In this document: piece after piece, positions 17,041-26,391 of the stretch
Layout: every line of letters begins with the position of its first letter
Position numbering within the stretch: position 1 is the first letter of the stretch
DNA from: Archangium sp.
Lineage (GTDB): Bacteria > Myxococcota > Myxococcia > Myxococcales > Myxococcaceae
Assembly (NCBI GenBank): GCA_031367385.1
Contig: JANLPS010000037.1
Coordinates: forward strand, 1 to 32,179
Reading direction: 5' to 3'
Length of the DNA: 32,179 bases
The notes under the pieces: generated by a model
Databases searched by the model: none
What the model was told of the DNA's origin: nothing
Seen by the model: the letters and a program-made list of their open reading frames with translations, nothing else
Translations under genes and position numbers: made by a program

Positions 17041-18158
17041 AGCGTGCTCCGTTGAAAAATGGCGTTGCGCTCTCGCGAGCCGAGCTCGCTGCGCTCGAAG
17101 TGTTCGTCAGACCACACGAAATGTTGGGTCGACCCGTTGGTGTAGCCGATGGCGAGGGTGCCGTTGTCGCCCAGCTCGAAGCGCATCGCGCGGCCCAGGC
17201 CACAGGTCGCCGCGGGCCACTCGAGCACGCGGGCAGCGGTGGTGTTCTTCACCACGTACATCGCCATGCGCAGCTCGTTGGCCGGGTTGCAGCTGTCTTT
17301 GCTGTACGGGTTCTTGCCGGTGAGCACGGTGTAGATGGGCCGGTTGTCGACCAGCTTGAGCTCGCGGGGTATCGGCAGCGCGACCTTGGCGGGCTCGATC
17401 GCGTCGTCACCGGCGACCAGCACGGCGAGTGATTCGGGCGTGAGCGCGGCGTCGGCTTCAACCCAGGTCGGTGAGCGGAGGCTCGCGTACCCGACCCACC
17501 CGGTCTCGCGCGCTTCGACACCGTCGACGGTGGTGGGCGGTGAGAGCTTCAAGTTCTTGCGAAACTCGTCGGGCAAGCGGGCCGGGCCGCCGAGCATGTC
17601 GCCGCTGGGGCAGCTGCTCAGCTTCGAGGCCTCGCCGGTGGGAGAATCGAGATCGGTGTAGTCAGCGCAGATGCTGATGGCGAGCGGCTTGGTGCCTTGA
17701 AATCGAGGCAACGACCGCGCGGGAAAAGCGAGCTCCACCGACCACCCTTTGGAGTCGGTCTTGATGGCTGCTTGCACGAGTGCGCTCGCGAAGGCGGGGG
17801 CTGCGGCCTCGGAGGGCACAGCGCGGGTGCCCTCGATGCCGAAGCGGTAGGCGAAGCCACGAGAGGTCGGGCCCGTGCCGGGAAAGTAGAGGGTGATCTC
17901 GGTCTGGTCTGCGGCGATGACCACGTCGTCAGCGATGGTGAGCCCCACGTAGAGCGTGTCTTTTCGAAAGGCCGCCTTGAGGCTCAGCTTGGCTGAGCTG
18001 CCGGTCGCGCCGTCGGGCATCTTGAGGTCGGCCGAAGGGGTGAGATCTTTGAGATCTCCATCGAGTTTCGGCTCTTTGGCGAGCACCGGCAGGGGCTTGA
18101 TCGGTTTTTCAACCGGCCCGGCGGCGAGGGCAGAGATGACGAGGAGTGGCAGCAGCAT
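17037..18158 (-). CDS. Exported hypothetical protein with CBM9/DOMON-like N-domain
   Basis: Signal peptide from ATG 18158; PKLDGDL.D...LYVG..I.DD...W.VEL.FP is a CBM9-like pattern; GTGA overlap with rimO. Confidence 0.6.
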   Translation of the reverse strand: MLLPLLVISALAAGPVEKPIKPLPVLAKEPKLDGDLKDLTPSADLKMPDGATGSSAKLSLKAAFRKDTLYVGLTIADDVVIAADQTEITLYFPGTGPTSRGFAYRFGIEGTRAVPSEAAAPAFASALVQAAIKTDSKGWSVELAFPARSLPRFQGTKPLAISICADYTDLDSPTGEASKLSSCPSGDMLGGPARLPDEFRKNLKLSPPTTVDGVEARETGWVGYASLRSPTWVEADAALTPESLAVLVAGDDAIEPAKVALPIPRELKLVDNRPIYTVLTGKNPYSKDSCNPANELRMAMYVVKNTTAARVLEWPAATCGLGRAMRFELGDNGTLAIGYTNGSTQHFVWSDEHFERSELGSRERNAIFQRSTL

Positions 18159-18200
18159 GCGAGGTCGGGGGCAGGTAGCACACTGCCGCGCGGTGAGCAC

Positions 18201-18959
18201 TCAGGGGGTCCTTCGACTCCGGTCCTTCGGACCTCCGCTCAGGATGAACTGGTCGCTCAGGTCTACAAAGGGGACCCGGTCTGGGCGCCCATCTGTCGAG
18301 AATACCTTGGGTTTTTCACCCGCGAAATACACGAACGACGACCGGGTGCCGTAGTTGAAGTCGCGCACCTCGACGCAGACCCCGCCCACCGGGTCGTCAG
18401 GGCGGGTCAGCGAGAGCAGGGCCGTCAGCGAGGCGATCGTGGGCACCGCCCCGCCGCGGCTGACCTCGCTCCAGTGCTCGTGAATCAGCGACGTGCGCGC
18501 GCGATCATCGCCGCCAAGCGAGCGCTCCGTCACGATGTGAACGCCGGGAGGCAGGGTCTGCTGGTGCGCCTCGACCCCATCGAACCAGGTGACATAGGTC
18601 TCGCGCCCGTCTGAGTAGAGCAGATGAAACGGGTTGAACCGCTTCGGTGCCAGCGCGCGCATCGCCCAGTGCAGCTTCGCCGGTGAGTCGTGCCGCAGCG
18701 CTTCGACGACGAGAGTGCCGCGCGATTCTCGGCTGGGGTCGTTCTGTGACTGAAAGCGGTTGGTCAACCCGACGAACATGCCGGAGCGGGTGATGCCCAA
18801 CCAGGTGCCGTGGGCCACCTCGTCGCGAGGCGCGAAGAATGGCTCGCCTGGCCACCAGAAGGGCCCAATTGCAGGCCTGCTCAGCGACTCATCGCGGTTG
18901 GCGGCGACCACGAGTGGGCATTCTGGCCACTGACCCGCGCTGACGATGAGCGTGCACAT
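18201..18959 (-). CDS. NRDE family (TANGO2-like) Ntn-hydrolase-fold protein
   Basis: MCTL...LVVAANRDE...RP, GTWLG, LTN, SRG.LV, FNPFHL, YGTRSS. Confidence 0.92.
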   Translation of the reverse strand: MCTLIVSAGQWPECPLVVAANRDESLSRPAIGPFWWPGEPFFAPRDEVAHGTWLGITRSGMFVGLTNRFQSQNDPSRESRGTLVVEALRHDSPAKLHWAMRALAPKRFNPFHLLYSDGRETYVTWFDGVEAHQQTLPPGVHIVTERSLGGDDRARTSLIHEHWSEVSRGGAVPTIASLTALLSLTRPDDPVGGVCVEVRDFNYGTRSSFVYFAGEKPKVFSTDGRPDRVPFVDLSDQFILSGGPKDRSRRTP

Positions 18960-18966
18960 GGCAAGG

Positions 18967-19464
18967 CTACTTCTCGAGCGAGCCGAACACCGGAGTCATC
19001 GCTTCGAAGCGCGCGTCGCTTGCCGAGAACTGCCGAAAGAACGTGTAGCGAACCCGCTGCCACTGGTTGTCGTTGCGAATTCGAAAGCTGTTCAGTGCCA
19101 CGTCGAACATCGCGTCACCCTGTGCGCGCGCGGCGTCGAGGGCCGCCTGGCACTCGAAGAAGTGCTTCACGTCGCGATCAAGCAATGGGCCCCAGTCAGG
19201 CTTGAAGGTTCGGTCAGCGCCGAACATCTGCGCGGGCCCATCGGAGTCATTGAAGCCGTTGCCGTCGGCGGTCACCACGTCCCACTCCAGGCCGGCGGGG
19301 TCGAGCGGGAGGCCTGAGGCGCTGCGACCGAACGGCGCCACCTCTTCGAGGCTCGGGTCGGTGTCGGTGTTGTCGAACATGTCGAAGGGGGTGAAGCCAC
19401 CGCTGGTGGGCGTCTCGTCTTCGTCATCGCCGAGCGTCTCGGGCGCGTGGGGAGTCGTTGACAT
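18967..19464 (-). CDS. Hypothetical acidic protein
   Basis: Co-oriented ORF filling the gap between rnj and NRDE, with GC3-biased codons; start ATG 19464 (or GTG 19473). Confidence 0.6.
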   Translation of the reverse strand: MSTTPHAPETLGDDEDETPTSGGFTPFDMFDNTDTDPSLEEVAPFGRSASGLPLDPAGLEWDVVTADGNGFNDSDGPAQMFGADRTFKPDWGPLLDRDVKHFFECQAALDAARAQGDAMFDVALNSFRIRNDNQWQRVRYTFFRQFSASDARFEAMTPVFGSLEK

Positions 19465-19500
19465 CGAAATCACCGTACCAGGCCTGCGCCGAAGCGCAGT

Positions 19501-21159
19501 TTAGATTTTCGGTATGCGCAAGACGATCGGCAAGACGTTCGGCCGCGTGCCCAGAAGCTGCTTGAAGACGCGTCTGACGCCACGTGTCAGCTCCTCTCGA
19601 ACGCGCTCATCGTCGGCCCGAAAGCCGGCGTTGACTTCGGACAGCGCCAGCCGCGCGCCTTCGGCCGAGAGCCCCAGCGCTTGAAGCTCATCGCCGGCGA
19701 GGCCCTGGGCGTACACGGTCGGCCCTGAGATCACGCTGCTCCCGCCGGGGTGCATGGCGACGATCACGATCACGAGCCCCGCTTCGGCCAGGTTGCGCCG
19801 CTCGTGCAACGCGGCCTCGGTCACGGTGCCGTACGAATCGCGGCGGGTCAGAATGTGGCCGATCGGCACCCGGCCCTGTGAGGTCGCGCGGGTGTGGGTG
19901 GCGAAGCCCATCGCGTCACCATCGGTCATCACGAAGGTGCGCTCGTCGGGCAACCCGGCCTGTCGGGCCAGGTCGCGGTGGCGGTGCAGGTGGCGCAGCT
20001 CACCGTGAATGGGCACGAAGTTCTGTGGCCTGACCGCTTCAATCATTCGTTTCTGCTCGTCTTGCGACGCGTGCCCAGAGACGTGAACGCCCGGCTCGAT
20101 GCTCGCGTAGATGACCTTGGCGCCGCGGGCGAAGAGGCGGTTGAGCAGCCCCGCCACGCCCTGTTCATTGCCGGGGATGGTGCGCGACGAGAGGATCACG
20201 GTGTCGCCGGGCTCGAGGCGAAGAGGGCCCGGGTCGTTGCCCAGCATGCGGGTCAGCGCGGCTTGGGGCTCGGCCTGCGCTCCGGTGCAGAGCACCAACT
20301 GCTTGTCGCGTGGCACCTCTCCCGCCGTGTCCCAATTGAAGAGGAGGTGATGGGGCACGTCGAGAATGCCTGCCTGGCGCGCGAGCTCGACGTTTCGCTG
20401 CAGGCTGCGGCCCGCAAGAATGATCTTTCGCCCGAACTGCTTGGCGAGCTCGACCGCGGTGCGCACCCGGTGCAGGTGTGAGCCGAACATCGCGACCACG
20501 ATTCGGCCGGTGGTGGCCGCGGTGAAGAGCCGCTCGAAGGTCTCGCGCACGAGCTGCTCGCTGCCGGTGGTGCCCGGCACTTCGGCGTTGGTCGAGTCTG
20601 AGAGCAGCACCTCGACGCCGCGCTCGCCGAGCTCGCTGAAGCGCTCGAGGTCGGTCAGCTGGCCGTCGACCGGCATGCCATCGAGCTTGAAGTCTCCGGT
20701 GTGAATGGCGGTGCCTGAAGACGTGGTGACCGCCAGCGCGACCGCGTCAGGCACCGAATGGGTGACCCGAATCGGCTCGACGGTGAACTGGGTGCCGATG
20801 CGCACCGGGTGTCTCGGCTCAATTTCTCGTAAATCAGCACGAACTCCGGCCTCGTCGAGCTTGTGCCGCGCGACCGCCAGGGTGAAACGGGTGCCGTACA
20901 CGGGCACGTTGAGCTCTCGCAGCAGCCACGGCAGTGCACCCAGGTGATCTTCGTGTGCGTGGGTGAGCACAATGCCCTTCAAGGTGTCGGGGGCGTCTTT
21001 GAGCCAGCTGAAATCAGGCAAGACGACGTCGACCCCGAGCTGGTCAGCCCGGGGAAACATCAATCCACAATCGATGAGAATTCGTTCACCAAAGTGTTCA
21101 ACGACCATGGTGTTGAGGCCAATTTCACCAAGGCCTCCGAGCGGAACAATGCGCAACAT
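19501..21159 (-). CDS. rnj: Ribonuclease J
   Basis: PLGGLGEIGLN, THAHEDHLG, HSVPD, HTGDFKLD, SDSTNA, IPGNE, HVSGHAS, P.HGE. Start set at ATG 21159. Confidence 0.95.
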   Translation of the reverse strand: MLRIVPLGGLGEIGLNTMVVEHFGERILIDCGLMFPRADQLGVDVVLPDFSWLKDAPDTLKGIVLTHAHEDHLGALPWLLRELNVPVYGTRFTLAVARHKLDEAGVRADLREIEPRHPVRIGTQFTVEPIRVTHSVPDAVALAVTTSSGTAIHTGDFKLDGMPVDGQLTDLERFSELGERGVEVLLSDSTNAEVPGTTGSEQLVRETFERLFTAATTGRIVVAMFGSHLHRVRTAVELAKQFGRKIILAGRSLQRNVELARQAGILDVPHHLLFNWDTAGEVPRDKQLVLCTGAQAEPQAALTRMLGNDPGPLRLEPGDTVILSSRTIPGNEQGVAGLLNRLFARGAKVIYASIEPGVHVSGHASQDEQKRMIEAVRPQNFVPIHGELRHLHRHRDLARQAGLPDERTFVMTDGDAMGFATHTRATSQGRVPIGHILTRRDSYGTVTEAALHERRNLAEAGLVIVIVAMHPGGSSVISGPTVYAQGLAGDELQALGLSAEGARLALSEVNAGFRADDERVREELTRGVRRVFKQLLGTRPNVLPIVLRIPKI

Positions 21160-21252
21160 GGGGGCACGGTACTCTGGGTGCCCACGGGCCGATGCGTTAA
21201 TTGCCCTCTCCATTCGACGTGACCTGGCGACGTTTGATAGTCGTAGAGACCC

Positions 21253-22356
21253 ATGGCCCGTATTTCAAATGCCGATCGAGCGCCGTCTGCCCAGCCCAAG
21301 CCCACCGAGCCGCGTGGTGAAGCCGCCGCGTTGCCAACCTCGTTGGCCGAGCTCGCGAAGACCAAGCTCATCGACGTGCACCTCGCCGTTGCAGGCGACA
21401 CGCTCTTCACGGTGTGGAAGGCAAAGGCCTCGGCGATGGCCTGGCCCGAGTTCGAAAAGCTCAACGCGCAGCTGAACACGGCCGAGCGTGAGGGCGGCAA
21501 CACGTTGGTGGTTGGTGACGCCATCGCCATTCCCTCGCAGGCGCAGGCCCGCGCGACCGACAAGCGAGTGGCCGACAGTTACGGCGCGATTCCGCTCCCG
21601 CACCTGGTGCCTCCCGCCGAGCCCTCGGCGGAGTTTCTCGAGCTGCTCAAGAACAGCAGGCCGCCCGGCAAAGAGCCGTTCACCTTCGCGGCGCTCGGCA
21701 AGAAGCTGATCGCTGACGCCGACAAGAACATTGCGCGCCTGGCCAAGGAGCAAGACGACCTCGGCGCGAGCACGACGGGGGTCACGCGTCAGGTGCTGGG
21801 GGCCGCCGCCGCAGCAGGGGCGTTCATGGGCAAGACCGTTCACAGCCTCGAGCGACTCGCCGGCTTGGCCATCGAAGGCATCGCGATCGCCGGTGACAAG
21901 CCCGAAGAGACCTTTCACAAAGCGCTCGAAGCGGCGAGAGGCGTCTCGGTCGGAGGGACCGTCAACGCAGTGGTTCACGTCGCTCAGGGTTTGGCGGGCG
22001 CGGCCGTCGAGGCTGCCGACAAGCGGGGGCTTGCTTCAGCGGTCGTCGAGACCGCCCTCAACGTGGTGGTCAGCCGCGGCGCTGGAGCGCTGAGCAAAGA
22101 GAAAATCGTCACCGACCTGGCGAACGCCGCAGAGAAGGCCTCGGGAGGCGACGCGGTGGTCGCGCAGGTGGCCGAGGCTGCCAAGCGAAGCGTCAAGAAC
22201 CAGACGCTGGTTCAACGAATGGGCGCGATCGCTGCCTCGATCGAGCCGGTGGCCGACGCGGCGGTCTCTCCCGCGGTCAACGCGACCCGGGCGGCGGCGG
22301 CGGCGACGGTGATCAACAAAGCACCTGCGTCATCGACCGACGGCAAACCCGAATAG
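21253..22356 (+). CDS. Hypothetical protein with LysM-like domain and Ala-rich helical C-terminal region
   Basis: H.AVAGDTLF.V......LN......N.LVVGD.IAIP resembles LysM; GC3-biased codons; hairpin GCCGGGTC/GACCCGGC follows the stop. Confidence 0.6.
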   Translation: MARISNADRAPSAQPKPTEPRGEAAALPTSLAELAKTKLIDVHLAVAGDTLFTVWKAKASAMAWPEFEKLNAQLNTAEREGGNTLVVGDAIAIPSQAQARATDKRVADSYGAIPLPHLVPPAEPSAEFLELLKNSRPPGKEPFTFAALGKKLIADADKNIARLAKEQDDLGASTTGVTRQVLGAAAAAGAFMGKTVHSLERLAGLAIEGIAIAGDKPEETFHKALEAARGVSVGGTVNAVVHVAQGLAGAAVEAADKRGLASAVVETALNVVVSRGAGALSKEKIVTDLANAAEKASGGDAVVAQVAEAAKRSVKNQTLVQRMGAIAASIEPVADAAVSPAVNATRAAAAATVINKAPASSTDGKPE

Positions 22357-22437
22357 CGGCCGGGTCGCCCGACCCGGCAGGCGGCGCACCATCAGGCGGG
22401 ACAGGCTCGCCCGAAAAAGGGTAGGTGTCAGCGCGCC

Positions 22438-23454
22438 ATGCGTTTTCTCTTCGCTCTGCTCCTGTTGGCTTCGTGCGCCACGGTCTCCCCGACCCCGACC
22501 GCTCCCGACCCGGGGTCAAGCCCCGTCGCCCGCTTCGGAGATCGCCGCATCACCCTGGCCGAGGTCGATGCCAAAGCCGGCGACGAGCTGTTCAAGTTGC
22601 AAGAGCAGACCTACGAGCTGCGTTCAGAGACGGCCGAGCGCATCGCGATCGAGCTGCTCGTCGAAGCGCGGGCCAAGAAAGACGGCCTGAGCGAAGACCA
22701 ATGGGTCGAAGCCCGCCTCGAGGCGGGGCTGCCCAAGCCGAGCGACGCTGATCTGCGCGCCCTGTTCGAGAAGGTTCGTGAGCGCCTGCCGCCCGATGCC
22801 CGCTTCGAAGACGTGAAGGGCAAGCTCACCGAGGCGATTCTCCGCGACGCGCGGGCCAAGCGGGCCCGGGTGCTGTTCGATGAGCTGAAGAAAGAAGCAG
22901 GGTATTCGCTGCTGCTCGAGGCCCCGGCGCAGGCGCGAAAGACGGTCATCGGTTCGGGCCCCTCTCGAGGCCTTGCCACCGCGAAGGTGACCATCGTCGA
23001 GTTCGCCGACTTTCAGTGCCCGTACTGCGGCCAGGCCTCCGAGGTCGTCGAGAAGTTGATGGCGGCGTACCCGGGCCAGGTGCGGGTCGTGTACCGCCAC
23101 TTTCCCCTCTCGTTTCACAAGAACGCGCCCAAGGCCGCCGAGGCCGCGATGTGCGCCAATCAGCAGGGCCAATTCTGGCAGTACCACGACTCGCTCTACG
23201 CCCATCAGGGCTCGCTTCAGATCGACGACTTGAAGGGCCAGGCGATGGCGCTCGGGCTCGACCTCAAGCGCTTCGAGAAGTGCCTCGACGGCAACGAGAT
23301 GAAGGCCTCGGTCGACACTGATCAACGCGAGGGCGAACGGCTGGGCGTCTCTGCGACTCCGGCGTTCTTCGTCAACGGCTTCATGCTCTCAGGCGTGCAG
23401 CCGGAGGAGAAGTTCAAGCGCATCATCGACCGAGAGCTGGGCAAGCAGCCGTGA
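22438..23454 (+). CDS. DsbA family thioredoxin-fold lipoprotein with SurA-like N-terminal region
   Basis: Lipobox LASC; VTIVEFADFQCPYC, YRHFPL, GV.ATPAFFVNG. Confidence 0.92.
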   Translation: MRFLFALLLLASCATVSPTPTAPDPGSSPVARFGDRRITLAEVDAKAGDELFKLQEQTYELRSETAERIAIELLVEARAKKDGLSEDQWVEARLEAGLPKPSDADLRALFEKVRERLPPDARFEDVKGKLTEAILRDARAKRARVLFDELKKEAGYSLLLEAPAQARKTVIGSGPSRGLATAKVTIVEFADFQCPYCGQASEVVEKLMAAYPGQVRVVYRHFPLSFHKNAPKAAEAAMCANQQGQFWQYHDSLYAHQGSLQIDDLKGQAMALGLDLKRFEKCLDGNEMKASVDTDQREGERLGVSATPAFFVNGFMLSGVQPEEKFKRIIDRELGKQP

Positions 23455-23996
23455 AAGCGCTCGCTCCGGGTTTTCTGATTGCGATGCCGCAGCTCAACGA
23501 CTCGAACTTTCAGCGCTCGGTGGTGCTGATCGTCAAGCATGGGCCGAGCGGCTCGATGGGGCTCGTCATCAACCGGCCGTCTGAAGTCAGCTTCGGTGAC
23601 CTGGCGGGTGATCAGCACTTCGAGATACCCACGGAGCTGCGCTCGAACCGCATTTACGTGGGAGGGCCGGTCGAGCCTTTTCGCGGCTTCGTGCTGCACG
23701 ATGTGGCGGGCATCGAAGAGAAGACCGAGGTCTTGCCGGGGCTGTACTTGTCGCTCACCACCGACTCGCTCAAGCCGCTGATGCGCGACACGGCGGCGAA
23801 CGTGCGGTTTTGCTTGGGGTATTCGGGGTGGGGTGCAGGCCAGGTCGAGGCTGAGCTGGCCTCGGGCTCGTGGCTGTTCACCGAAGCGACCGCGAACACC
23901 GTGCTGAAGCTTGAACCCGAGCAGATATGGGAGCAGACGATTAAAAGCATGGGCGTCGACCCTGCAATGCTGGTGACCACCGGAGGCGTGAACTGA
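23451..23996 (+). CDS. YqgE/AlgH family protein
   Basis: FLIAMPQL.D.NF.RSVV...H...GSMGLVINRP, GGPV, LGYSGWGAGQ.E.EL...SW. Confidence 0.95.
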   Translation: MKALAPGFLIAMPQLNDSNFQRSVVLIVKHGPSGSMGLVINRPSEVSFGDLAGDQHFEIPTELRSNRIYVGGPVEPFRGFVLHDVAGIEEKTEVLPGLYLSLTTDSLKPLMRDTAANVRFCLGYSGWGAGQVEAELASGSWLFTEATANTVLKLEPEQIWEQTIKSMGVDPAMLVTTGGVN

Positions 23997-24253
23997 TGCT
24001 GAACGCGACTGAAATCAAACGCCGCATCGAGCTGGCCTTGCCGGGCGCGCAGGTCGAGGTCAACGACACGACCGGCACCAATGATCACTTCGAGGCCTAC
24101 GTGATGAGCCCGAGCTTCGATGGCTTGTCGATGGTGCAGCAGCACCAGCAAGTCTACGCACCGCTGCAAGACGTCTTGGCGACTGGCGAGCTGCACGCCC
24201 TCGCACTGAAAACCTACACGCCCGCGCAATGGGCCAGCACCCCCCGGAGATAG
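23996..24253 (+). CDS. bolA: BolA/IbaG family protein
   Basis: DHF...V.S..F.GLS.VQQHQ.VY..L......LHAL.LKT.TP; adjacent to grxD. Confidence 0.92.
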   Translation: MLNATEIKRRIELALPGAQVEVNDTTGTNDHFEAYVMSPSFDGLSMVQQHQQVYAPLQDVLATGELHALALKTYTPAQWASTPRR

Positions 24254-24257
24254 CCCC

Positions 24258-24569
24258 ATGTTGACCCCCGAGCTCAAGCAGCGCTTCGACGACGAGATCA
24301 AGAACCACAAGGTCGTCATCTATATGAAGGGCAACCAGCTCTTCCCCGCGTGCGGGTTCTCGGCCAAGGCGATCGAACTGCTCAAGCCGTTCGGCGCGTT
24401 GCACACCGTCGACGTGCTCACCACGCCCGGCGTGCGCGACGGCATCAAGGCCTACTCGAACTGGCCGACCATTCCCCAGGTGTACATCAACGGCAAGTTC
24501 GTCGGTGGCAGCGACATCGTGACGGAGCTTGCCCAGCGCGGCGAGCTCGAGTCGATGATCAAAGGGTAA
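24258..24569 (+). CDS. grxD: Monothiol glutaredoxin (Grx4)
   Basis: YMKG...P.CGFS, YSNWPTIPQVYINGKFVGGSDI. Confidence 0.95.
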   Translation: MLTPELKQRFDDEIKNHKVVIYMKGNQLFPACGFSAKAIELLKPFGALHTVDVLTTPGVRDGIKAYSNWPTIPQVYINGKFVGGSDIVTELAQRGELESMIKG

Positions 24570-24582
24570 GAAGAACCCCGCC

Positions 24583-25287
24583 ATGCCCGACGAGCAGCCA
24601 CCTCTCGACAAAGAACAGCGCATCGTCGAGGCGCGCATGAAATTGCGTGAGCGCTTCTTCGAGAAGATCAAAGCGTCTCCGGCGATGAGCGACGAGAAGC
24701 CGCAGGGCTCCGGGGCGGCCAACCGGCACGGCATGCCGCGCTTGCCTCCGGGGCAGCACCCGACCAAGTCGTGGCCGGTGCTCGATCTGGGCCGCAAGCC
24801 AGACGTGCCGACCAGCCGGTGGTCGCTCACCATCGACGGCGCGGTCGAAACCCCGCTGACGCTCGATTGGGCGGCCTTCTTAGCGTTGCCCCAGCATGAA
24901 GACGTGAGCGATTTTCACTGCGTGACGACCTGGAGCCTCTTCGACTCGAAGTGGAAGGGCATTCAGTTCTCGACGGTGGCGGCGCTGGTGCACCCGCTGG
25001 CCTCGGCCACGCATGTGATGACGTATGCGAGCGATGGGTACACCACCAACGTGAACCTCGAAGAGGCGATGAAAGACGACGTGCTGCTGGTGCACTCGTG
25101 GAATGGTGCTCCCCTGTCGAGGGAACATGGCGGCCCGGTTCGAATGATCACCCCGCAGCTGTACGCATGGAAGGGCGCGAAGTGGATCAACCGAATCGAG
25201 TTTCTGACGGCCAACCGCCGCGGCTTTTGGGAGGCACGTGGATACAGCAATACCGCCCACCCCTGGCGAGACGACCGCTACTCCTGA
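24583..25287 (+). CDS. Sulfite-oxidase-like molybdopterin-dependent oxidoreductase (YuiH-like)
   Basis: RLPPGQ....WPVL, DFHCVTTWS, GYTTN, EHGGPVR...P.LYAWKGAKW, GFWE.RGY. Confidence 0.92.
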   Translation: MPDEQPPLDKEQRIVEARMKLRERFFEKIKASPAMSDEKPQGSGAANRHGMPRLPPGQHPTKSWPVLDLGRKPDVPTSRWSLTIDGAVETPLTLDWAAFLALPQHEDVSDFHCVTTWSLFDSKWKGIQFSTVAALVHPLASATHVMTYASDGYTTNVNLEEAMKDDVLLVHSWNGAPLSREHGGPVRMITPQLYAWKGAKWINRIEFLTANRRGFWEARGYSNTAHPWRDDRYS

Positions 25288-26383
25288 CGGGTTTTCGCAT
25301 CGGGCCAAGGCGTTCAAAGAGCGCCATCACCTCGCCTTCGAGGTGGCCTTCTTCTTCGCGGGGTTCTTGTTCGACGTGGTGTTGTTGCATCGCATCGACA
25401 GCACGCCGCTGCTGATTCACCAGGCGACGTACCTGTTCTTGAGCGCCGCCCTGATTTTCTGGGACCACCGGTTGGCGGTGATGGGGCGCGAACCGGCTGG
25501 GTTGCTCGGCAAGGTCGCGTCGTACCGGCTGTGGGCGATGCACTTTTTCTTGGGCACGCTGCTCAACGCGTTTCTGGTGTTCTACTTTCGCTCGTCGAGC
25601 GGGCTGTTCGCGTTCATCTTCATCGTGTTGCTCTCGGTGGTGATCGTCGCGAACGAGCTGCCGCGGTTTCGGCAGCAGGGGCCGATCGTTCGGGTCGCGT
25701 TGCTGAGCTTCGCGACCACCTCGTTTCTGGCCTACCTGCTGCCGGTGGTCTGGGGCGAGCTGCGCAGCTGGCAGTACCTGGCGTCGATCGCCTTCGGCGC
25801 GGCGGTGACGGTGCTGACCTGGCGGCTGTTCACCCGCATCACCCGCGACCCCAATTGGACGTTTCGGCGCGGGCTGTTGCCGGGCTTGCTGGTGCAGGCG
25901 ACGCTGCTGCTGCTCTACCTGTTCGAGGCGATACCGCCGGTGCCGTTGTCGCTCAAGCACATCGGCATTTACACCCAGGTCACTCCAGAGCGCTCAGAGA
26001 AGGGCATGCATTACCGATTGCAGTACCAGAAGCCGCCGCCCTGGCAGTTTTGGAAGCTCGATCACGACGAGGTGACCGCGGCCGAGGGTGAGAAGGCCTG
26101 GGCGTTCGTGCGCATCTTCGCGCCGGCGCGGTTTCGAGATTCGGTCGGCTTTCAGTGGGAGTACGACGACCCCGACAAAGGGTGGACACCGCGGGGCGCT
26201 CCGTTTCACTCGGGGCTCTCGGGGGGCAACGAAGAGGGGTATGCGACGTTTGCGTACAGCACGATGTCGAAGCCCGGGCGCTATCGGGTGCGGGTGCTCA
26301 CGCAAGACGGGCGTGAGATAGGCCGAAAGAGCTTTCGCTTCGTGGTTGGTGAACCGGTCGAGCAGGTCGAAGAGCTCGACTGA
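25238..26383 (+). CDS. DUF2914-domain integral membrane protein
   Basis: FF.GFLFD...L.RID, about 7 TM helices, IPPVPLSL, IFAP, GG.E.GY, PG.YRV.V.T.DGREIGR; GGGAGG RBS before GTG; 50-nt overlap with the upstream gene. Confidence 0.8.
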   Translation: MDTAIPPTPGETTATPDGFSHRAKAFKERHHLAFEVAFFFAGFLFDVVLLHRIDSTPLLIHQATYLFLSAALIFWDHRLAVMGREPAGLLGKVASYRLWAMHFFLGTLLNAFLVFYFRSSSGLFAFIFIVLLSVVIVANELPRFRQQGPIVRVALLSFATTSFLAYLLPVVWGELRSWQYLASIAFGAAVTVLTWRLFTRITRDPNWTFRRGLLPGLLVQATLLLLYLFEAIPPVPLSLKHIGIYTQVTPERSEKGMHYRLQYQKPPPWQFWKLDHDEVTAAEGEKAWAFVRIFAPARFRDSVGFQWEYDDPDKGWTPRGAPFHSGLSGGNEEGYATFAYSTMSKPGRYRVRVLTQDGREIGRKSFRFVVGEPVEQVEELD

Positions 26384-26391
26384 GCGCTCAC

